64,000 nucleotides of DNA from Escherichia coli (GTDB taxonomy: Bacteria; Pseudomonadota; Gammaproteobacteria; Enterobacterales; Enterobacteriaceae): the NCBI RefSeq assembly GCF_003018255.1, contig NZ_CP027440.1, one strand, 5' to 3'. The position numbers and the translations under genes are program-made. Shown here piece after piece: positions 45,503 to 54,207 of this stretch (the first letter of the stretch is position 1; every line of letters starts with the position of its first letter). The notes under the pieces were generated by a model, which made no database searches, was not told where the DNA came from, and worked only from the letters and a program-made list of their open reading frames with translations.

Positions 45503-47126
45503 AAGCCACTTCCAGCACTTCTTTCGTCGCTTTAACGCCCTGATGCATCAACATCATTAACGCCTCAAGTACGCCGCCGCCAATCGCCCGGGCTTTATCA
45601 GAAACGCTGGTGAAATCAGCCGTTTCACCACGAGGATCGATATCACCAATTTTAAAACCACCGACCACTGCCAGTCCGTCGTTCAACAAGCCACGCACCA
45701 TCCCCGTCAACGGTGCTTTAATTTCATGCTCACCAATCCAGGCAATCACATCGCCCTCTTTCACCAGATCGCCTAATTTCACGTTGGATCGCATAATGCC
45801 TGCAGCAGGAGCACGGATCACCCGTCGGGTGGTATGCCCCATAATATTGCCAGGAACACCGGTATTCTCCTGCGCACAACCAGAGTAAATCACCTGACCG
45901 AGCCAGTGCCCGCGATTTGTTTCAATTACCGCATGACAATCCTTCCCTGCAGTAAAGCCCGGCCCAAGCGCGATTGTTACTGGTGCCATATCTGCCCGCG
46001 TCCCCAAATTCTGTTTCGCCAGAATAGCGTCCACCACGCAAAGCGGTTTCAGTTCATCAAGCAATGAACAGGCGGGATCTACTATCACAGGGATGAATCC
46101 GCATTCGGTAAGTTTCATCGCCTCCGCAGAGCTGGTTGCCAGGCGGGCGGTGACGCCTTCGACCGTCATTTCGCCATCGAACACGGCCTGGGCAAATGCC
46201 ACGGTACAACGAATCACTGTCGGTTTTTCCACTTCCAGCATGATCACTTTAAAACCCGCATGATACAGACGTAGCGCTACACCACTGGCGATATCCCCCG
46301 CACCACGAATCACCACCAGCTGGTGTCCGGAAGGATGAGAAGGCTTCATCATCAGCCCACCCGGCGCGTTATTTTTCACCTGTAATATTTCTGCCAGCAC
46401 GCTGATGGCGATCTCCTGCGGCGTTTCCGCACCTATGTTGTAACCAACGGGCGCATGTAAACGGGCAATATGTTCTTCAGCCACGCCTTTCTCACGCAAT
46501 TGGCGCAGGAAAAGCTGAACCTTGCGGCGACTTGCCAGCAACCCCAGCCATGCAATGGGTTGTTCAATGAGTTTGTCGAGGGCTTCACGATCCTGATTAT
46601 TCGTGGCAATCAGGACAAAATTATCAGGGCGAATATCCAGTGCTTCCACTGCCGCACCAAACGACTCAGCATGGAGAAGCGTGGTTGATGGTGGGAATAG
46701 TTCAGGATTGAGGCTTTCGCGATAAATATCGGCAACGGCGATATCAAATCCTAATAGCGCCGCACTCTGGGCTATCGCCCGGTTGACATGCCCCGCGCCA
46801 ATCAACACCAGACGTGGACGCATACCATGGACGCTGATAAATACTGACATTGCACCTCCACAATCTGACCCGACAGCATCCGCACCGTTACGAGCCATAC
46901 GTCCATGGAATAATCGCGGCTTACGTTCCTGCAATGCCTGAAGCGACTCTTCAATCACCTTCCGCTCAACCATTCCGCCACCAATTGTACCGACGATAGA
47001 GCCATCGGCGCGCACTAACATTTGTGCAGAATGGCGGGGGGTTGAGCCTCGGCTATCAACAATTTGCGCCATCGCAAACGGACAATTTTGCTCTTCGAGT
47101 TTTGCAGCCTCTGTGAAAATATTCAT
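45501..47126 (-). CDS. yqeB: YqeB-family accessory protein of selenium-dependent molybdenum hydroxylases (XdhC/CoxI-like)
   Basis: 541 aa with XdhC/CoxI-like and Rossmann-like regions (LIGAGHV). Confidence 0.85.
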   Translation of the reverse strand: MNIFTEAAKLEEQNCPFAMAQIVDSRGSTPRHSAQMLVRADGSIVGTIGGGMVERKVIEESLQALQERKPRLFHGRMARNGADAVGSDCGGAMSVFISVHGMRPRLVLIGAGHVNRAIAQSAALLGFDIAVADIYRESLNPELFPPSTTLLHAESFGAAVEALDIRPDNFVLIATNNQDREALDKLIEQPIAWLGLLASRRKVQLFLRQLREKGVAEEHIARLHAPVGYNIGAETPQEIAISVLAEILQVKNNAPGGLMMKPSHPSGHQLVVIRGAGDIASGVALRLYHAGFKVIMLEVEKPTVIRCTVAFAQAVFDGEMTVEGVTARLATSSAEAMKLTECGFIPVIVDPACSLLDELKPLCVVDAILAKQNLGTRADMAPVTIALGPGFTAGKDCHAVIETNRGHWLGQVIYSGCAQENTGVPGNIMGHTTRRVIRAPAAGIMRSNVKLGDLVKEGDVIAWIGEHEIKAPLTGMVRGLLNDGLAVVGGFKIGDIDPRGETADFTSVSDKARAIGGGVLEALMMLMHQGVKATKEVLEVA

Positions 47127-47173
47127 ACCAACCTCAATGGATATCCTTTCAGTAACCCGGAATACCCGGGCCG

Positions 47174-47944
47174 CTAATTCACAAATCTGCGCGCGATTGC
47201 AGGATGTTCTTGTATATCGCCCAGCCAGATTGCCTCTACGTCGTGTTGTTGCAGCGGTTGAAGGAGCTCGCTTTGCGCAATCGCATTCTCACATTGAGAA
47301 AAACGGTTAATGAACCAGACTCGCCGACAACCTTGCGGTACGTTTTTAAACGCCCCCTGAGGGTGGCGAACCAGCGCAACGAGATCGCTCAGTTGCAAGG
47401 TTGCATCAGGTGTTAACCCGGTAATATCAGCAAACTGCGACCAGCGATGGACATTTTCTGTGCTCACTTTCGCACCCAAAATATGTCCTCCCATCACAGC
47501 AATCACGCAGCAACTGCTTTTAGGTATGCAAGGTTCGTGCTCATCAGGCGCTTTTAACGGCATTCCACGCGAGCCATCTGCCTCAATGAGAATTACGTCA
47601 CACTCTGATCGTTGTACCAGTGCATCAATCGCTTCTGGCGTAAATCCCTGCACTTTTCCCTGGTTCGCTTTCCAGCTGTGAAAACAAAATGAAATGGGGG
47701 ATATAAAAGACGCATGAGGAAGCATGGCGGGATCACGACAGAAAACCACGGGCCAGTGAGATGTTGGCATAAACATATGTGTCGTCGTAGTGATTAATAC
47801 ACGCCTGCCGCTCGCCTGGAACAGTTCTGCCAGCCAAAAAAGCAAGCTGGTTTTCCCCCCAGCACCAACAACAGAAATCACAGTGGGACGTTTCTGCGCG
47901 CCTAAATCAATGAATAATGCCGATGGGTCAATTATACTTTTCAC
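47174..47944 (-). CDS. yqeC: YqeC-family accessory protein with P-loop-like motif
   Basis: 256 aa; motif VVGAGGKTS near the N-terminus; directly downstream of yqeB. Confidence 0.85.
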   Translation of the reverse strand: MKSIIDPSALFIDLGAQKRPTVISVVGAGGKTSLLFWLAELFQASGRRVLITTTTHMFMPTSHWPVVFCRDPAMLPHASFISPISFCFHSWKANQGKVQGFTPEAIDALVQRSECDVILIEADGSRGMPLKAPDEHEPCIPKSSCCVIAVMGGHILGAKVSTENVHRWSQFADITGLTPDATLQLSDLVALVRHPQGAFKNVPQGCRRVWFINRFSQCENAIAQSELLQPLQQHDVEAIWLGDIQEHPAIARRFVN

Positions 47945-48047
47945 GCGTCTTTATGGACCTCTCTGGGATAAATTACCCTCAACTTAATCCATCAGGAAGT
48001 AACGCAATTATCAGGCGTTATTAGCTCCTGTAAATAATGGAATCACT

Positions 48048-48626
48048 ATGTCAGCCATCGACTGTATAATTACCGCCGCAGGATTATCATCAAGAATGGG
48101 GCAATGGAAAATGATGTTACCCTGGCAACAGGGAACAATTCTTGATACAAGTATCAAAAATGCGTTGCAGTTTTGTAGCCGAATTATTTTAGTCACCGGC
48201 TATCGTGGTAATGAACTGCACGAACGTTATGCGAACCAGAGCAATATCACTATTATCCACAACCCAGATTATGCGCAGGGTTTACTGACATCAGTAAAGG
48301 CCGCAGTACCCGCGGTGCAAACAGAACATTGTTTTCTCACCCACGGAGATATGCCAACCCTCACCATCGATATTTTTAGAAAAATCTGGTCGTTACGAAA
48401 TGATGGCGCAATACTGCCACTCCATAATGGCATCCCCGGCCATCCGATTTTAGTGTCAAAACCATGCCTGATGCAGGCAATCCAGCGACCCAATGTCACC
48501 AATATGCGTCAGGCACTCCTTATGGGAGAACATTATTCCGTCGAAATAGAAAATGCAGAAATAATTTTAGATATTGATACTCCTGACGACTTTATTACAG
48601 CGAAGAAAAGGTATACTGAAATTTAG
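48048..48626 (+). CDS. ygfJ: Molybdenum cofactor cytidylyltransferase (MobA-like)
   Basis: 192 aa; nucleotidyltransferase N-terminus IDCIITAAGLSSRMG. Confidence 0.88.
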   Translation: MSAIDCIITAAGLSSRMGQWKMMLPWQQGTILDTSIKNALQFCSRIILVTGYRGNELHERYANQSNITIIHNPDYAQGLLTSVKAAVPAVQTEHCFLTHGDMPTLTIDIFRKIWSLRNDGAILPLHNGIPGHPILVSKPCLMQAIQRPNVTNMRQALLMGEHYSVEIENAEIILDIDTPDDFITAKKRYTEI

Positions 48627-48780
48627 AAAACGTAGTTAAACGATTGCGTTCAAATATTTAATCCCTCCAGCACTCTTTATCATAATGATAAGGAATCACT
48701 GATTTTGAGAAAAGAGAAAAAGTGATAAATGGGCTGGCAATAATAATTTTCAGGAGTGATTTTAATTCTCATTTGGCACC

Positions 48781-48796
48781 TGTGAGTTCATTCACA
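48781..48796 (+). promoter_or_regulatory. Candidate CRP binding site upstream of ygfK
   Basis: TGTGAgttcatTCACA, both CRP half-sites with 6-bp spacer, about 150 bp upstream of ygfK. Confidence 0.45.
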
Positions 48797-48850
48797 AAAA
48801 GCCATTAAGTTTCGAGCCGCCTCACATTTTTTTATATTTCCCGCCAAACC

Positions 48851-48866
48851 TGGCAAGAGTGGTGCG
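48851..48866 (+). promoter_or_regulatory. Candidate sigma-54 promoter upstream of ygfK
   Basis: TGGCAA-GAGTG-GTGCG with GG-N10-GC spacing, about 83 bp upstream of ygfK. Confidence 0.35.
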
Positions 48867-48947
48867 ATTGTTGCTCTATCCCCCTAAACCACCGGATTTC
48901 TCAACACCGGTCACTCAATGATATCTGTATAAGCTAAGGAGAGGGTT

Positions 48948-51900
48948 ATGGGGGATATTATGCGTCCCATTCCGTTTGAGGAACTTTTGACGCGCATATT
49001 TGATGAATACCAACAACAACGCTCAATCTTTGGTATTCCCGAGCAACAGTTTTACTCACCCGTAAAAGGTAAAACTGTTAGCGTCTTCGGTGAAACCTGT
49101 GCCACTCCCGTCGGCCCTGCCGCTGGCCCGCACACGCAGCTCGCGCAAAATATTGTCACTTCCTGGCTGACTGGCGGACGCTTCATCGAACTAAAAACCG
49201 TCCAAATTCTTGACCGCCTGGAGCTGGAAAAGCCCTGTATCGATGCCGAAGACGAGTGCTTTAACACCGAATGGTCTACCGAATTTACCCTGCTTAAAGC
49301 CTGGGATGAATACCTCAAAGCCTGGTTTGCCCTGCACCTTCTCGAAGCGATGTTCCAGCCTTCTGATTCCTGTAAATCGTTCATCTTTAATATGAGCGTC
49401 GGTTACAACCTCGAAGGTATTAAGCAACCGCCGATGCAGCAGTTCATCGACAATATGATGGACGCATCTGACCATCCGAAATTCGCTCAATACCGCGATG
49501 CACTTAATAAGCTACTCCAGGATGACGCATTTTTAGCCCGCCACGGCTTACAGGAAAAACGCGAAAGCTTGCAAGCCTTACCCGCTCGCATCCCCACCAG
49601 CATGGTACAAGGGGTTACCCTCTCCACCATGCACGGCTGTCCTCCGCATGAAATCGAAGCCATTTGCCGCTACATGCTGGAAGAAAAAGGGCTCAACACC
49701 TTTGTGAAACTCAACCCGACCTTACTGGGGTACGCGCGTGTTCGTGAGATCCTCGATGTCTGCGGTTTCGGTTACATCGGCTTAAAAGAAGAGTCATTTG
49801 ATCACGACCTCAAGCTGACGCAAGCACTGGAAATGCTGGAACGCCTGATGGCACTGGCAAAAGAAAAATCACTCGGCTTTGGCGTAAAACTGACTAACAC
49901 TCTCGGCACCATTAATAACAAAGGCGCACTGCCCGGTGAAGAGATGTATATGTCAGGCCGTGCGCTGTTCCCGCTCTCCATCAACGTTGCAGCAGTTCTC
50001 TCTCGCGCCTTTGACGGCAAACTGCCCATTTCTTATTCCGGTGGTGCCAGTCAGCTGACTATCCGCGATATTTTTGATACTGGTATTCGCCCTATTACTA
50101 TGGCAACCGACCTGCTGAAACCTGGCGGCTATCTGCGCTTAAGTGCCTGCATGCGCGAGCTGGAAGGCTCAGATGCCTGGGAGCTTAACCACGTTGACGT
50201 CGAACGACTGAACAGACTGGCAGCAGACGCGTTAACCATGGAATACACCCAGAAACACTGGAAGCCAGAAGAGCGTATTGAAGTGGCTGAAGACCTGCCG
50301 CTGACCGATTGCTACGTTGCCCCCTGTGTTACTGCCTGCGCTATCAAGCAAGATATTCCGGAATACATCCGTCTGCTTGGCGAACACCGCTATGCCGACG
50401 CGCTGGAACTCATCTATCAACGCAACGCCCTGCCCGCCATTACCGGTCATATTTGCGATCACCAGTGCCAATACAACTGTACCCGCCTGGATTACGACAG
50501 TGCGCTGAATATCCGCGAACTGAAAAAAGTCGCGCTGGAAAAAGGTTGGGATGAATATAAGCAACGCTGGCACAAACCAGCCGGTTCTGGTTCACGCCAT
50601 CCGGTTGCCGTGATTGGTGCAGGTCCGGCGGGTCTGGCAGCAGGTTACTTCCTTGCCAGAGCGGGCCATCCGGTTACGCTGTTTGAACGCGAAGCCAATG
50701 CGGGCGGCGTGGTGAAAAATATCATTCCTCAGTTCCGTATTCCTGCAGAGTTAATTCAGCACGATATCGATTTTGTTGCCGCTCACGGCGTAAAATTTGA
50801 GTATGGCTGCTCACCGGATCTGACCGTTGAACAGTTAAAAAATCAGGGCTTCCACTATGTTCTGATTGCCACCGGCACTGATAAAAATAGCGGTGTGAAA
50901 CTGGCGGGCGACAACCAAAATGTCTGGAAATCACTCCCCTTCCTGCGTGAATACAACAAGGGCACAGCGCTCAAGCTGGGCAAACATGTGGTCGTTGTCG
51001 GGGCGGGTAACACGGCAATGGACTGCGCTCGTGCGGCGTTACGCGTTCCAGGCGTAGAAAAAGCAACGGTCGTTTACCGTCGTTCACTGCAAGAGATGCC
51101 AGCATGGCGCGAAGAGTATGAAGAAGCGTTGCACGACGGCGTGGAGTTCCGTTTCCTGAATAATCCGGAACGTTTCGATGCTGATGGCACCTTAACCTTG
51201 CGCGTTATGTCGCTTGGCGAACCTGATGAGAAAGGTCGTCGCCGTCCGGTTGAAACCAACGAAACAGTAACACTGCATGTAGACAGCCTGATCACCGCCA
51301 TTGGTGAACAGCAGGATACTGAAGCCCTGAATGCGATGGGCGTGCCGCTGGACAAAAACGGCTGGCCAGACGTCGACCATAATGGCGAAACGCGTCTGAG
51401 TGACGTCTTTATGATCGGCGACGTACAGCGCGGACCATCCTCCATTGTCGCTGCTGTCGGAACCGCGCGTCGGGCGACCGATGCCATCCTGAGTCGGGAA
51501 AATATCCGTTCCCACCAGAACGATAAATACTGGAATAACGTCAATCCGGCGGAAATCTATCAACGTAAAGGCGATATCTCTGTCACTCTGGTGAACAGTG
51601 ACGATCGTGACGCGTTTGTCGCGCAGGAAGCCGCTCGCTGCCTTGAATGTAACTACGTTTGCAGCAAGTGTGTGGATGTCTGCCCGAACCGCGCCAACGT
51701 ATCCATTGCGGTCCCAGGCTTCCAGAACCGTTTCCAGACGCTGCATCTCGACGCCTACTGCAACGAATGCGGCAACTGCGCCCAATTCTGCCCGTGGAAC
51801 GGTAAACCGTACAAAGACAAAATCACCGTCTTCAGCCTGTCGCAAGACTTTGATAACAGCAGCAACCCAGGCTTCCTTGTGGAAGATTGCCGGGTACGCG

Positions 51901-52046
51901 TACGTCTGAATAACCAAAGCTGGGTGTTAAACATCGACAGCGAAGGTCAGTTCAACAACGTACCACCGGAGCTGAACGATATGTGCCGCATCATTAGCCA
52001 TGTCCACCAGCATCATCATTATCTGCTGGGCCGTGTGGAGGTGTAA
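48948..52046 (+). CDS. ygfK: Large Fe-S flavoprotein oxidoreductase (glutamate-synthase-small-subunit / PreT-like)
   Basis: 1032 aa; dinucleotide-binding motif [21 protein letters not shown] and C-terminal 4Fe-4S motifs CLECNYVCSKCVDVCPN and CNECGNCAQFCPW. Confidence 0.9.
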   Translation: MGDIMRPIPFEELLTRIFDEYQQQRSIFGIPEQQFYSPVKGKTVSVFGETCATPVGPAAGPHTQLAQNIVTSWLTGGRFIELKTVQILDRLELEKPCIDAEDECFNTEWSTEFTLLKAWDEYLKAWFALHLLEAMFQPSDSCKSFIFNMSVGYNLEGIKQPPMQQFIDNMMDASDHPKFAQYRDALNKLLQDDAFLARHGLQEKRESLQALPARIPTSMVQGVTLSTMHGCPPHEIEAICRYMLEEKGLNTFVKLNPTLLGYARVREILDVCGFGYIGLKEESFDHDLKLTQALEMLERLMALAKEKSLGFGVKLTNTLGTINNKGALPGEEMYMSGRALFPLSINVAAVLSRAFDGKLPISYSGGASQLTIRDIFDTGIRPITMATDLLKPGGYLRLSACMRELEGSDAWELNHVDVERLNRLAADALTMEYTQKHWKPEERIEVAEDLPLTDCYVAPCVTACAIKQDIPEYIRLLGEHRYADALELIYQRNALPAITGHICDHQCQYNCTRLDYDSALNIRELKKVALEKGWDEYKQRWHKPAGSGSRHPVAVIGAGPAGLAAGYFLARAGHPVTLFEREANAGGVVKNIIPQFRIPAELIQHDIDFVAAHGVKFEYGCSPDLTVEQLKNQGFHYVLIATGTDKNSGVKLAGDNQNVWKSLPFLREYNKGTALKLGKHVVVVGAGNTAMDCARAALRVPGVEKATVVYRRSLQEMPAWREEYEEALHDGVEFRFLNNPERFDADGTLTLRVMSLGEPDEKGRRRPVETNETVTLHVDSLITAIGEQQDTEALNAMGVPLDKNGWPDVDHNGETRLSDVFMIGDVQRGPSSIVAAVGTARRATDAILSRENIRSHQNDKYWNNVNPAEIYQRKGDISVTLVNSDDRDAFVAQEAARCLECNYVCSKCVDVCPNRANVSIAVPGFQNRFQTLHLDAYCNECGNCAQFCPWNGKPYKDKITVFSLSQDFDNSSNPGFLVEDCRVRVRLNNQSWVLNIDSEGQFNNVPPELNDMCRIISHVHQHHHYLLGRVEV

Positions 52047-52048
52047 TC

Positions 52049-53377
52049 ATGTTGATTCTGAAGAATGTCACCGCAGTGCAGTTACACCCAGCGAAAGTGC
52101 AGGAAGGCGTTGATATCGCCATCGAAAATGATGTGATTGTCGCTATCGGCGATGCCCTGACGCAACGCTACCCCGATGCCAGCTACAAAGAGATGCATGG
52201 TCGGATTGTGATGCCAGGAATTGTCTGCTCGCACAACCATTTTTACTCGGGGCTGTCCCGCGGAATTATGGCAAACATCGCCCCCTGCCCGGATTTCATC
52301 TCAACGCTGAAAAATCTCTGGTGGCGACTCGATCGCGCCCTTGATGAAGAGTCGCTCTATTACAGCGGACTGATTTGTTCCCTGGAAGCGATTAAGGGCG
52401 GATGTACATCGGTTATCGATCACCATGCCTCTCCGGCGTATATCGACGGGTCGCTCTCCACATTGCGCAACGCATTTTTAAAAGTTGGCCTGCGCGCGAT
52501 GACCTGTTTTGAAACTACTGACCGTAACAACGGTATCAAAGAGTTGCAGGAAGGTGTAGAAGAAAACATCCGCTTCGCCCGTCAGATTGATGATGCGAAG
52601 AAAGCGGCAACTGAACCGTATCTGGTAGAGGCTCATATTGGTGCTCACGCGCCGTTTACTGTGCCGGATGCCGGTCTGGAAATGCTGCGTGAGGCCGTGA
52701 AAGCCACAGGCCGTGGTTTACATATTCACGCTGCGGAAGACCTTTACGATGTTTCCCATAGTCATCACTGGTACGGCAAAGATCTGCTGGCACGATTAGC
52801 GCAATTCGATCTCATCGACAGCAAAACGCTGGTCGCTCATGGGCTTTATCTGTCTAAAGACGACATCGCGTTGCTCAATCAGCGTGATGCATTCCTGGTG
52901 CATAACGCCCGTTCAAACATGAACAACCATGTCGGCTACAACCATCATCTTTGCGACATCCGCAATCTGGCGTTGGGTACGGACGGTATTGGTTCAGATA
53001 TGTTTGAAGAGATGAAATTTGCCTTCTTTAAACATCGCGATGCGGGTGGTCCGCTGTGGCCTGACAGCTTTGCCAAAGCTCTGGCTAACGGCAACGAACT
53101 GATGAGCCGCAACTTTGGCGCGAAATTTGGCCTTCTGGAAGCCGGTTACAAAGCCGATTTAACCATTTGCGATTACAACTCGCCGACGCCGCTGCTGGCA
53201 GACAATATCGCCGGGCATATCGCTTTCGGTATGGGCTCAGGCAGCGTTCACAGCGTGATGGTCAATGGTGTGATGGTCTATGAAGACCGTCAGTTTAACT
53301 TCGATTGCGATTCCATTTATGCGCAAGCCAGAAAAGCCGCTGCCAGTATGTGGCGTCGGATGGATGCGCTGGCATAA
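52049..53377 (+). CDS. ssnA: Amidohydrolase (chlorohydrolase/deaminase-like)
   Basis: 442 aa; metal-binding motif PGIVCSHNHF; starts 2 nt after the ygfK stop. Confidence 0.9.
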   Translation: MLILKNVTAVQLHPAKVQEGVDIAIENDVIVAIGDALTQRYPDASYKEMHGRIVMPGIVCSHNHFYSGLSRGIMANIAPCPDFISTLKNLWWRLDRALDEESLYYSGLICSLEAIKGGCTSVIDHHASPAYIDGSLSTLRNAFLKVGLRAMTCFETTDRNNGIKELQEGVEENIRFARQIDDAKKAATEPYLVEAHIGAHAPFTVPDAGLEMLREAVKATGRGLHIHAAEDLYDVSHSHHWYGKDLLARLAQFDLIDSKTLVAHGLYLSKDDIALLNQRDAFLVHNARSNMNNHVGYNHHLCDIRNLALGTDGIGSDMFEEMKFAFFKHRDAGGPLWPDSFAKALANGNELMSRNFGAKFGLLEAGYKADLTICDYNSPTPLLADNIAGHIAFGMGSGSVHSVMVNGVMVYEDRQFNFDCDSIYAQARKAAASMWRRMDALA

Positions 53378-53427
53378 ATAACAGCTCCCCTCTTCTTTCA
53401 GAGAAGAGGGGAAATTAAGGAAAGACG

Positions 53428-54207
53428 ATGATTGAACAATTTTTCAGACCCGACTCTGTCGAACAGGCGCTGGAACTGAAGCGCCGCTACCAGGATGAAG
53501 CCGTCTGGTTCGCCGGGGGCAGCAAACTCAACGCTACACCAACCCGTACCGATAAAAAGATTGCCATTTCCTTACAGGATCTGGAACTGGACTGGGTTGA
53601 CTGGGATAACGGTGCACTGCGGATTGGCGCGATGTCTCGCTTGCAAACACTGCGTGATGCGCGATTTATTCCTGCAGCACTGCGTGAAGCTCTCGGTTTT
53701 GTTTACTCACGCCATGTTCGTAATCAGTCGACCATTGGTGGTGAAATTGCCGCCCGGCAAGAAGAGTCAGTGCTGCTTCCCGTCCTGCTGGCACTGGATG
53801 CTGAACTGGTTTTTGGCAACGGCGAAACTCTGTCAATTGAGGAGTACCTGGCCTGCCCATGCGATCGCCTGCTAACCGAAATCATCATTAAAGATCCGTA
53901 TCGCACCTGTGCGACTCGCAAAATTAGCCGTTCTCAGGCAGGTTTAACCGTCGTGACGGCAGCCGTTGCAATAACAGACCACGACGGTATGCGAATTGCG
54001 CTGGATGGCGTAGCCAGTAAAGCACTGCGTCTGCACGATGTTGAAAAACAAAACCTGGAAGGTGATGCCCTTGAACAGGCTGTCGCCAACGCCATTTTCC
54101 CGCAGGAAGATTTGCGGGGCAGCGTGGCCTATAAACGCTATATCACGGGAGTTCTGGTAGCCGACCTTTATGCCGACTGCCAACAGGCTGGGGAGGAAGC
54201 CGTATGA
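53428..54207 (+). CDS. ygfM: FAD-binding subunit of a molybdenum hydroxylase (XdhB/CoxM-like)
   Basis: 259 aa; FAD motif VWFAGGSKLNA comparable to xdhB; overlaps xdhD by 4 nt. Confidence 0.88.
   Translation: MIEQFFRPDSVEQALELKRRYQDEAVWFAGGSKLNATPTRTDKKIAISLQDLELDWVDWDNGALRIGAMSRLQTLRDARFIPAALREALGFVYSRHVRNQSTIGGEIAARQEESVLLPVLLALDAELVFGNGETLSIEEYLACPCDRLLTEIIIKDPYRTCATRKISRSQAGLTVVTAAVAITDHDGMRIALDGVASKALRLHDVEKQNLEGDALEQAVANAIFPQEDLRGSVAYKRYITGVLVADLYADCQQAGEEAV

Noticed and set aside
51192-51917. 241-aa minus-strand ORF inside ygfK, plus similar antisense frames such as 3784-4296 and 10110-10520
   Set aside because: These are antisense shadow ORFs within confidently assigned genes with no independent support.
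53387-53411. Perfect 10-bp stem hairpin (CCCCTCTTCT-ttcag-AGAAGAGGGG) between ssnA and ygfM as a terminator
   Set aside because: There is no U-tract on either strand and it sits inside a tightly coupled operon; more likely an mRNA structural element than a terminator.
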